Source: Takakia lepidozioides (lineage: Eukaryota; Plantae; Bryophyta). From it: a DNA stretch of 64,000 nucleotides. This document shows, one piece after another, positions 26,651 through 37,966 of this stretch. Within the stretch, counting starts at the first letter, position 1; each line of letters starts with the position of its first letter. Position numbers and translations under genes: made by a program. The stretch spans positions 22,196,001 to 22,260,000 of the forward strand of contig CM060734.1 of assembly GCA_030704615.1 (NCBI GenBank), in the 5' to 3' direction. The notes below the pieces were generated by a model that ran no database searches, was not told the DNA's origin, and saw only the letters and a list, made by a program, of their open reading frames with translations.

Positions 26651-27035
26651 AAGAAATTTATATTCAAACCATTGTTAGACTTTATCTTAATGAAGTGTTG
26701 TGCAAGTCAATACAACGCTAACGTGGTCTGCATCACATCAATTTAGTAAATAAATTTGAAACAGCTAAAAAGACACAAAAACCATGTCAACTAGAAAAAT
26801 ATGAAAGAATAACGTCACATAAATTAAATTAACATGTCAACAAAAATATACTTGAAAACAATGAAATTTTTATTTTTCAAAACAAGACGTTGGGAATCTC
26901 GATTTATTTGAGTTATAATAAATAAATAGAAAAATGATCCAATTATGTCTTTAATATATAAACTTTAAAATAAAAATTAGGGCCAGTGCAAGCGATTCCA
27001 ATTATTAAAAACTAAAAACTCAAATGAGGCCGCTA

Positions 27036-27309
27036 CAGTGTTTTTATTTCTGGAAAAAATTTGCAATATTTTGAGCTCAAAAAATAAAATGGAATTCCTC
27101 GGAAATTCCTTGTTTTTTTACGGATGTAATCGCCAAACTTCTCCAAATAAAATATAAATTATGGATGAATTTGCCAAATATGGATGATATACATGGATGA
27201 AAGTACAGAGGAGGATGATTCTATCCAAATTTCAGTGGATGAACAGAAGATATGGCTATTTCCTACAAAACTCAGTAGCCACTCCTATTATTCAAGAAAA
27301 AAAACATTG
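27036..27309. mobile_element. hAT-type MITE (274 bp)
   Basis: 8-bp TSD GGCCGCTA at 27028-27035 and 27310-27317; imperfect TIRs CAGTGTTTTTATTTCTGGAA / TTCAAGAAAAAAAACATTG. Confidence 0.85.
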
Positions 27310-27380
27310 GGCCGCTAGCATTGGCGGTTCTGAATTTTTTAAGAACCACCTTATAAAAATATCAAAATAATAAAAATTAA

Positions 27381-27700
27381 CCCCTAATGGACGAGGCAGT
27401 TTTTGGTGGGCCCCCTCCAAAACAGGACATACCCTCACGGATGAGGGTATATCTCTCAGGAAACTAACATCCACAGGGATGAACTGTATGAATGGGAGGC
27501 TACCTACTTCATCCAGCTTCTGTGAAAATTTCAGCTCATTCCACCGTGTCGTTTGGAAGATTGTAGGTGCATGACATCAAGGTGCACAACTTTCGTTCAG
27601 AAAGTTTTTTCATCCAAGGTCATCCAACGATTTGCCATCATGGATGATTTTTGACGTGACCCTGACGCGACCCGAAATGGGTCGCCTCGTCCATTAGGGG
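27381..27700. mobile_element. piggyBac-like MITE (320 bp)
   Basis: Perfect 17-bp TIR CCCCTAATGGACGAGGC / GCCTCGTCCATTAGGGG flanked by TTAA on both sides (27377-27380, 27701-27704). Confidence 0.75.
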
Positions 27701-29710
27701 TTAAGACCGTCAGCATAGGCAGTTTGAAATTATTTAACAGAGAAAGAAACAAAAAAATTAGAACCACAGCTATCGAAAGGAAAAAAAAAATCGTGACCGC
27801 TAATACTGATGGTTCAAATTACTTATATGTTTTCAAAAAAAAAAATAGAAATTTCACTAGTCTTGGTGGTCCTGAAGTTATTAAATAATTAAATTTTCGA
27901 CTGTCACTATCACGAAACTCTTAAAAAAATCAAAAAAATCAGTCCAAAGTTTTATGAAAAATCCTAAAAAATGCCAAAATGCCAAAAAAAAAAAAAAACA
28001 ACCATAAGCATTGGCAGTACCGTTTGTTTCTTAAGATAGAAAAATAATGAATTAGGACATCCAACGCTAAAGATCCTGAATGTTTATTTTTTCACTTATA
28101 TATAAGTAGGATGTCATTGGGTTATTTATTTATTTATTTATTTATTTTCTTGAAATGATGCAATGGTTGATCTCTATTTTAAAATACATAAATTTTAAAT
28201 CTAAAATTTTTCAGTCCACTTGGGCGTCATTATTTTTTTCTATTAAAATTTCACACTATAAAAGTGAAAATGTTGGAGGTCACAATGTTGGACGTCATAG
28301 TGTGATTTCACGTCAGCGTCACCTTATTGTGTGTAAATATGATTGTTGGAAAAGAAGACTTTCGAGGGTCCTATTTTACCTTTTTTTATGTTCCTTTTAT
28401 CTTTTTCATATCCAACCTAACATGTTCATTTTCTTCTCCCCAAACATTTGTTTTTATTCTCTTTATTCATATTTTTATCCCCAAAGTTTTTTTTAATCTT
28501 TCCCGGTTTTTGTACTTTGTTTCTTTGTTCTTTTCCAAGCCATTGTTACAACTCTCACTTGTACAATTTTTATTTATGATTTTTTTCTGCATCTTATTTT
28601 TTTTTCCTTCTTCTCTTATCGCTATTCGTATAAAAGATTATCTCAATAATTGGATAATCAATTTTTTTGACAATGAGTATCTCAATCTTGGATTTTGATC
28701 ATTTTATCTCTATCATTGTAGATCTTGGGTTATTATACCTCAAATTGTCTATTGATGAATGGCATGATCAACGTTGGACTCATGGTCTTCACGGTCTTTT
28801 AACAATTTAGTATCTTATGTAGTAGTATTTTTGAAAACCCAAAAATACTACCTACACTAATTCATAGTTATATAAAATATCAAGAATGCTAATACAAACT
28901 TAGAGGCGTAAGCGGGAGAGTGTAAGATTTTGAAGACAGTTACGGTTATCCAAGATTGAAGACATTTTTTCTACCCACTAGTTTCTAAAACATCATAAAA
29001 TAATAATTAAACATTAAAATTTCATTTAGAAATAATTAATCAACAAATTTAAGTCGACATATCTTGAATTTCTTAATATATTATTTCAAGAAATCAATTA
29101 AAAATAGCCAAGTAATAGATGGGGCCCTGGAGTTGAATGCGAGGGAGCCGGTTCAGCCAACGTGGACCCCCCGCCCACCCCCGCGTCTGCCGCCCGCGTA
29201 CCGCGCGGCACCTGCCGTGCGGCAGCCCCTCCCGCGCCTCATGTACCCTCTGCCAGGACATGACACATGTCCTCTCACCCATCCCCATCCCGCCTCCCAT
29301 CCTCACCTCACGCATGGCATCGTCCCCCATCCCCCCTGCATGCCTTCATCCTCCCCATGCCCATGCTTGCGTCCATTGCATACATGGTATCCCCAAACAT
29401 ACATCATGCCCTCAATTCAAATTCGTTCTGACATCTTTTCAAATTTTGAAATGGCAAATCTGAAGAAAGAGAATGGACGTTGGGATATATGCCACGTCGT
29501 CACATACACTGCCACCCCAATAGAGGGTTTTGCTACCCTCATTGTGCATTTCCTAGTAGAGCAGTTCTCTCCATACGTTTCTAGCTTGCCCACATGAATT
29601 GACAGCATTCCATTATACATGCCCAGAATATGAATGCAAAAAGGCGCGTGTGAGGATACGGCAACGAAAGAAGACATCAGCAAACTCATAAGCGTCTTAT
29701 TTCTGTAAGC

Positions 29711-32700
29711 ATGGCTAAAGAGGTTGAACATGGCAAGATTTTGCCCCACCTTCTTTCTAATCTGCAAAGTCAGCTACAGACACCAAAGACAGGTACTTTC
29801 ACACACCATGACTTGCAATGGAGGTCCCAATGGCACGGACAGATACTTGATGAGAACACAACTGAAATTGCATATATTCCTTGGAATCGGGTGGCGGACT
29901 TCATTGCTGGTGAGTCCTCCCAGAAGGAAGCCCCATGCACGTTTTGCACTCATCGACAGAAAGGCACCCCTGCTGGGACTCTCCAGGCACCACACATCAA
30001 TAGTGCCATGAACATTACAAGGTATGAATTCTTGAGCATGCCATGATTCATGAAAAATGAAATGAATGTTGCCACTACACAGGTTTTGTCCAATCCCACT
30101 AGCCATGCACTTATGCTTTCATAAGAGCGGTTCTAAAAGACCACTCATGTTTTTGGCGTAGGTATCACTGCGCCTATGGCCCACAAGACAATACCCTGAA
30201 CACTGTAATAGAGGCTATGCATGCGAAGAAATGGCGTGCAGGTCCACCAAAGAAAAGGGGGAGAAAGCCTACAGTGGGGCCAGCATCCACAGGAAAAAAA
30301 ACCTAAACAAAAAAAGACTACAAACAACAAAACAAGAGAAGGCATCATTAGAGGATGCATGTGCCGATTTGCTGTCAAGCAATGCTACTTGGACCCTGCT
30401 ATGGCAGAGATAATTTATTATGAGAAACAACATGTAAATGGAAGAGGTCAGATATGCCACGGACCTTCATGTCACTTGAACCGATGTGCAATGGCTCCCC
30501 ATCTTAGCGATGACATGAAATCATGGATTTTGCACAATTTGCGTCTTGGGCTGAGCATAAACAAGATAATGGCCAAGCACACCATGCGAGTGAAGGAGTT
30601 GATGGAGCAAGGGCTGGACGTCAGCCGTGACACATTTCTCCTCTCCCATGACATACGGAATATTGCGAAGCTATGCGATGAAGAGACATTCAAAAAACAC
30701 CCAAATGATGCACATAGTGTCCGCATGTGAGTGCATGAAAATATGGCTAGTGTTTTCTACTACCAAGAAGAAAAGAACCACAAGGCTTGGACATCCAGTG
30801 ACATCAAACTTGATCTTCCATTCGTTCTTGGCATACAAACAGTGTGGCAGCGAGATCAAATGTTGAAATTTGGCCATCACCGAATTGTCGCATGCGACGC
30901 CACCTTCGGAACCAATGAGAAGAAGGTGGGATCTGTCTTTTTTACTTCATTGCAATCGTTGAAGCCAGGTTTAAGGTGTACTTGCCATACTTCATCCCCA
31001 CATCGTACAAATCTCATACTCACTGCTTTCTCCATACAAATCTGCCTCAATTGTTGTACATTGATTGTTGTTTATGTAGTACCCGCTATACACCATGATG
31101 GTATTCGACAAGTGGTTGAATGGAATCCCAGTTGCATTCATCATCACAGCAAGATCAAAGGCAATCAATTTGGAGCCATGGATGTCCGCACTGAACGGGA
31201 AGCTTCAGGCGAACCAGGCAGGATGGTGCCCACATGCTTTCATTGTTGATGATGCAGATGTTGAAATAAAAGCAATCAGGTGAATCCCGATTCGCAACTC
31301 TCTGGAATTTTTTGGTTTTTCTGCAAATCTCCACATTATAATGTTGTCACATGTCTTTCTATGTCAGGGCCGTGTGGGGGCAGTCTGCAGTTTTTCTATG
31401 CCTTTGGCATGTGAGGAGAGCATGGCAAAAGAATGTCATGTCTAAGATCAAAGATGCAGATTTGCATGCATGTGTCATGCAAGATATGTCAAAAATCATG
31501 TATAGTGTTGCAAAAAGCGAGGGTGACGCAGGTGGAACATGGGCAGTGTGCGAACTTGTGAATTTGCGTTTCAAGTACCCCACCGTAAGTGAATTTTGTG
31601 ACTACTTGGAGCACGAGTGGGTTCCCAAAGCTAAGATGTGGACAATGGGTTCTCGCAACATTCCACACGCAGGACAAGACACAAACGCCGCCATTGAAGC
31701 TTATCATGGCAATCTGAAGGCACAACTGAAATGCACAAAGAGAAAACTGGTTAGCAGACGAGTCGATTGGCTCATTCATGAACTCACAGGTGATTTGCTG
31801 AGTAACGAGGAGGGCCTTGTCACTAGTGTCTGCTGGGCTCCTGATGGAAAATACCTTGCAGTTGGACTCAATAACTCTGATGTTCAATTATGGGACTCAA
31901 GCTCACTCCGTCAGGTGCAAAAGTACTCTCCGCTTCTTAGTAATATGGACTCAGTTGATGTGTGGCCTGGATGTTGTTGAGATGCAGGTGAGGGTGATTA
32001 CCCCTTTCATTTTAGATCTCAGAGAATCTCCGCATGATTTTTTTTTAACACTACATGACGAAACATCCAACATCCAACTGATTGTTTTTTTTACTGGTAT
32101 ATGTCGCATGCCAAAACATATGGCTTCATCCGCAACAAGCGACTTGAAGGCTTTGTGTGCAGCTCTATTTTGCTTGCCAAACAGATTCCCGATTGCAATG
32201 TGAACCTTCCGCAGACAGAAGGGGGCATCGCCACCGTCAAATGTATTTGGGGACTACATATACGGTTCACAATCCAACTGGGGATGTTGTGATTGTCGGC
32301 ATGCCCGCAAAGGTAATATGTGTGCGCATCAGGTGAAGGTGTTGCAAATGTTGCACCCCAACTTAGAAGATGGCACCATAGCCAAATTCTGTGGAAGCCT
32401 TATTGGGAGCAGTAAAGGTGGCCTTCATAGCTTGCTTGCACCACCTCAATCACCAGCTGACATGCCTTCCAAAGCACCCATGCATCCTACCCAAAACACA
32501 TCACCATATTATGCTCAGAAAAGTCCAGGACTGGAATTATTGCCATTAATATCCAATGAGTTCGAGCGGGTTAGACATGACAAGACATAATAGGGTCTTG
32601 CAGCAACATCTCCTTGCTATGGTTAGAGCAGCCAAAGGGAAAATTTGTGACTTGACATGCAGCATGGACGAGGGTATTCATCATCCCCAAGAAGACCCCA

Positions 32701-32840
32701 CTTTCACTGAGGTTGACGATGGAGCAACCAACTCCCTTGTGAGATGGAAAGATTTTCTGGAGGCGCGCGGTAGAAAGCGTCATGTGGCAAACCTGCCTGA
32801 ACGGCAGAATGCAGCAAAGAGACAATTGTACGCATCTTGA
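29711..32840 (+). pseudogene. MULE/SWIM transposase, spliced, disrupted by a premature stop, a CDC20 insertion and frameshifts
   Basis: IPWNRVADFIAGE...YHCAYGPQD...RGCMCRFAVK...HVNGRGQICHGP; ACDATFGTNEKK|YPLYTMMVFD; AFIVDDADVEIKAIR; [10 protein letters not shown]; [14 protein letters not shown]; SWIM CDCRHARKGNMCAHQVKV. Introns near 30022-30161, 30926-31079 and 31280-31367; TGA at 30728. Confidence 0.88.
31801..32088 (+). pseudogene. CDC20: Captured fragment of a CDC20 (Fizzy WD40) gene: exon piece plus intron-like tail
   Basis: [37 protein letters not shown] matches a plant CDC20 WD repeat as I recall it. It is followed by GT at 31915 and T-rich sequence; the transposase resumes (YWYMSHAK) at ~32092. 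Confidence 0.8.
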
Positions 32841-33499
32841 TGCACATTGAGGTGGGGGGGGGGAGTTCATCATGCTCCTAGTGTGCAATACCCTGTTTGT
32901 TATGCCAAGTAATAGATGGGGCCCTGGAGATATTTGACCACAATGACATTGGTCCCAACATTTGCAATCCTAATGTTCTCATGACGTGCCATGCTTCATG
33001 TATATGTTTCGTTCTCAATGTTGTGACTTTGTCTTCCGAAATTGTGTGGATATGCAGGCTACAATTACCATACATGTATGAAGTGGTTAGTGTTGAATCA
33101 TGAAGGCGTGTTGATATGAAATTGCATGGATTCTGGACTGTGTTTGGTGTTAATTTTGCATGCCATGGCATGTCTAATGTGTTCTTCCCACAGGGTGTTG
33201 CATTCATTTCATTCATTCATTCATTCATTCCATGCTCGTCATAAGCCTCAACAATGGATATTGCCTTGCAGACTTTGGCACATGCAACCACATTGCAAAA
33301 ATAGCCGGGATACAAGACATAATTTGCCTCAACCATCCTGAAACCATGTACATTACATTGTTCCATATGCATCCTACGTAGTGGTAGAGTGGCCACCTCG
33401 AAGGCTGGCTGATAGACGGCTGCTCACACGCATTTCAGCCATGGAAACAGGGACATGCATACAATGCAATGTACATGAGAAGAGGAACCCTAAAACCAT

Positions 33500-33985
33500 T
33501 CATCCATATCAAGCACATGCATATTACCATCCCGTATTCAGGCCGTCACCATTCATCCCATTCTGGAAATGCATAGGAATCCTATGCATGTTATCATGTG
33601 ATATTTCGTCGTCACCATTCATCCCTATCCATGTTATCATCCGTATTCGACATCACCATTCACCACATTCATCCCATCCATCTCAACCCTATCCATATTT
33701 CATCCATATTGCGCTATCACCATTCATCCAATTCAGCACATTCATATCATCCTATCCATGCTTTCATCCGTATTCGACATCACCATTCACCACATTCATC
33801 CCATCCATCTCAACCCTATCCATATTTCATCCATATTGCGCCATCGCCATTCATCCAATTCAGCACATTCATATCATCCTATCCATGTTATCATTCGTAT
33901 TCGACGTCAGCATTCATCCCATCCATTCCAACCCTATCCATGTTTCATCCATATTTCGTCGTCACCATTCATCCCATTCATCCCG
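33500..33985. repeat. Tandem CATTCATCC-rich repeats (including a ~118-bp duplication) between the convergent MULE genes
   Basis: TCACCATTCATCCC-type units; CATCCGTATTCGACATCACCATTCACCACATTCATCCCATCC... occurs twice. Confidence 0.8.
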
Positions 33986-34740
33986 TGAGAAGAAAACTGT
34001 GGATGCACTGCATGAAGTGAAGAACTGTTGTGGGCACTCTATAGGGTAAGGGCATCCACCACTATGTAAGGGCATTCACCATTCCACCAGGGTAAGGCCC
34101 CGATGTGAAAGATAACCGAGGCTCCAGCTCAATAGGATCCACAACATTCATGGACCCGATATATGAAAGTGAGCCCCGATCTCTGGCAGCGATCGGAGAT
34201 AGTTCCCTGGCAGGAAGGGTAAGGCACGGACCCTGGGCTTATGGGTGACACCATCAATGTGACCCCATTCAGGGGCAGTACTATCCCATGTTACATACCA
34301 CTTCTTTTCACTGGACCTAGGAAGATTATGAGTATGCACTTACATTATAATGAAGGAACACATCAAAGCAAGATTTTCATGAGTTACAACAGATTTGGCC
34401 TCCTCTGCTCTGTGTGCAGACTGCCATGTGCCAACCTACATACATTGATTGGCTCATTCATAAAACTTTACTTTGTAGCGTGAAAAAATAGAGTGTACAT
34501 CATAATGCTCATAAATGTTGTAGACAACTTCCTAAAGGGGCAGAGAAGGCGGCCACCAACACCCTTGACATGAAAGGGATCATGCTACAGTCTCATGTCC
34601 CTGCATGGAAGTCCTCTCCCCTCCACTGTGGTCTTTCTTGTGTGCATTCGCCAGCATGCGGGTCTTGTGGCATAGCCATGGAATACATCCGGGACAGGCT
34701 CATCTTTCACAACATAGTATGGTTGGCCATGGCAGGCGCT

Positions 34741-37700
34741 CTACACTTCGAGTGAAACAGTATGGCATATTTCCCTCTTCTTCATGACAGCCTCATTCAC
34801 CGGAAACCAATGCTCGTTCAGCTGCAGAAACAAACCCAGTGGACAAGGGTACCATTTACTCAAAAGTAATGAGCATGTGATTAAGTGCAAGCCAGTAGGA
34901 AAGAGAACAAATGCAGATGAAAAGTGAGAAACGTACTGGCCCAACACCTCCTGCTCGTGGTTGTACAAAATGTTTGATTCAAGTAAACATCTATGTAATG
35001 TGCCGTAAAGCAACCACACTCCCAAGTAGAGACCTGTTGGGGGACAGGGGGATACAACCACAGGCGGGGGGCAATGGCGTTCTTCCATTGGAGGCTCGGG
35101 GGTAGAAATCCTCTGGAAAGTGCCCAGAAACGTGCAAACAAAGGCTTCAGCATACTGTGAGTATGTGACCTTTTGACACTATTTAAATGGAGGTACCGCT
35201 TCCCTTCCAGAATGATGGCACTCCAGTGCAATCTGCACATGACAATTGCAAACAGCGGCATTAGAACATGAATGCACTCATAACTGAGAATACAACACCG
35301 ATGTGTGATATAGGGTAGCATGCAGCAGAGTACGTATGCATATATAACAGGAATAATCATGGCCTCCACCCCATCACACTGAAGGTAAGGAAAGCGTTCT
35401 TGCATCCACTGTAGAATAGAATGAGCGCCCGCACCGGATTCCTTGTAGTGGTCACGAAGGCATATCCAGGTAAAACTGTCAAGAAGACGTATCTTATTTC
35501 TTACATGGACGGGAAGGGACAGTAATTTCATTCGCAAATAGAAATCCATGACTCTGTCGCTTGTCCACCCCTTGGGGTTAATCAGGAGATCTGCGTTGTC
35601 TAGTCTAAGGGCGATATTGGGGCCTACACAATTTTGGAAAAACCAGACGTTTGATGTTTGTTTTACTTCTACACCAGCTGATATCCTGGAGACATATACC
35701 ATCACGATACATGTCAAACGCATGCACAGTGGCAAGTAAAGTGCATAATGCAAAAGATTACCATTTGAATTCAACGAAAATAAGACGATTGTTGACTCAC
35801 AGCGCTTTTTTCAGCCCTTCGTGAAGCCTGCAATGACATACAACACGTTCATGTCAGAAAAAGTATGCCGGCAAAGGGGTTGCCCAAGCAGAGGTAGGAT
35901 ATGTAGAATTGTCAGATGCAAAAAGAGGGCATTCAGTACTAACGGGGATGTGTGTAAATGAGGAGGCTCCGACTCCATCTTCTCTTCTCTTCTGTGGACT
36001 GTGCGCCATGAAACAATATCCACACATGCACTCGTTGATGCTCCCATAGTGCCCACCTCACTGCCACGGACACCTGTCAATGTTGGCCAAGGCAGAGCTC
36101 TGGGTGAAGGAGCTCCGAGGGCGTTCCTTCCTCCAAAACCGAGCAAAGGGTTTGCATGTTGTACAGGGGGTCTGGACGATACCATTCGTGTTACTGCAGG
36201 CACCATAACAGGCACAACAAAGCATTTGTCAGAAGGATCCCTAATGCCCAAGGGAGCGGGGTTGAGAAAACATGCATGTGTAGCGTTGTTGGGCGCATGC
36301 ACTGCAGGCAAGTGCACCTGTTTAGTCACAACCTCGCTTGAATGCAATTCGATTTCCATTTGAGTAAGAGCACCTGGTTCAGTGGCATTAATGCCAAGGA
36401 GGGTAAGGTCTGTGGCGGCGGTGTCATGGTTACACAGACGACCGTCATGTACATGGTCGGGCTTCGCTGCATCATCGGCCCCAATGCGTTCATGTGCAAG
36501 CTTCCCTTCCACTCCAGGTGTGGGCTCAGCGTCTTGCAACAGCTCTGTTGGTGACCCGAACATCGGAGAAGTAGGCGTGACTGGAAGGGGCTGATTGTGA
36601 GCACGCTGCACGACACCACAATCTACTTCATGAGAAGGCAAAGCCTGAGGGGGTGTTGTGACTTCACCATACTGGAAGTCAAAACCGTTCATTCGGGAAT
36701 GATCGAGGTTGCGTCTAATATCCCCCACCCGCTGCACATCAGCAATTGCAGCCATGTACGCAGCCTGCAATGCTTCATTCCCATGGTCCACATCACCTAC
36801 AAAATGAACAAAACAAACAATGAGTATAATGGCTCTATGTAAACAATGCACGGCATGATGATGCAAGGCAAATGCATTCAGGCAAAGATGGGAACAATAT
36901 CACCTTCCGCGCTGAAAATCCAGCCCATGTCAATGTCTTCACGGTGTTTCAGGGTATTCTGGAAGTTCCCGATTGCTTCATGTCTCTCAGAAAGGGTGCT
37001 TGTGTCAATACACCACAACGTGTCAAAACCCTTTGGATTGCAGATGGAAAAATCCCCCAAAGCTCTCCATCGAGTCATGTCTATGAATTCTTGCATATCA
37101 TTGTTCACACCATCTGCCCGGCTCAGGTCGGAATGCAACAAGTCCTCCACGCATCTGTTCGTCTCATGCATCAGATTAACTGGCAGGTATGCAAACAGGC
37201 ATGGACCAACCAACAGGAAATTAGCTGACGCATGCTTGAGCATGGAATTGCCCTCTGGCGTTCCAACAAGTTGAACCATGACATCATGCAACAGTGTGTT
37301 TGTCGATGAAGAAACTGCATCAGTGCTACTGGCATATGACATCCAGATAGTCCTCAACACCTGCAAAATCAGCGGGCATTTCATAGGGGGCCCTGCCTTG
37401 CGGTACGATGTAAAGACTTCTCGTAGGAGCTTCTCCGAGTGTTTGAAGAAAGTGGGTAGGGTAGCAGGCACATTTCCCTTATGAACAATGGTGTAAAGAG
37501 GGGACCAAAAAGAAGGAGGTCCATGAGATCGCAGAGTCAAGTAGTCCAGGACTTGTCATCAGACGCCGACGACGCTTCCTAGGAGATGCTCCATTTCTTG
37601 GGACACGTCCGCCTGGGAGGCCTGGCCCTTCTTCCTATTTGTGGTTTTGCGAGGTGGCATATGTCCATGGCGCCTGAGGACATCTTCCATAATACCCTTC

Positions 37701-37966
37701 TGGCTTGGTTAAAAAACAGGGTACATTTTGAGGACACCTTCACCTTCCCCATGCTTCATACAACCATCCATCCTATGCAAGTTCAGTTTCTTTTTATCGG
37801 CAAAAAGCAGATCACAGTGTATGCATCTGTATTGTCGTCTATTAGACGCACCAGGTTCATGGACCCTTGCTCTCGTGTAGGCCTCGCATATGAGGGACTC
37901 GAATTCATCAGTATCATATGTCTCGCGGTATTCCCTCCGGTTCTCTATCATTTTGCTCTCCTTCAT
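34741..37966 (-). pseudogene. MULE accessory gene: N-terminal C2H2-like zinc finger plus C-terminal Ulp1/peptidase C48 (SUMO protease-like) domain
   Basis: YRCIHCDLLFADKKKLNLHRMDGC; C48 signature KGWTSDRVMDFYL...LLDSFTW...IIPVI...LHWSAIIL...HLNS...VPQQVSTWECGCF. Several introns and at least one frameshift near 37715; exon boundaries approximate. Confidence 0.8.

Noticed and set aside
29064-29597. Pro-rich ORFs here and at 20692-21166 and 38932-39243
   Set aside because: They arise from the GC-rich MULE TIR sequence; no protein motif.
33381-34049. Long His/Ile/Ser-rich ORFs
   Set aside because: They are translations of the CATTCATCC tandem repeat.
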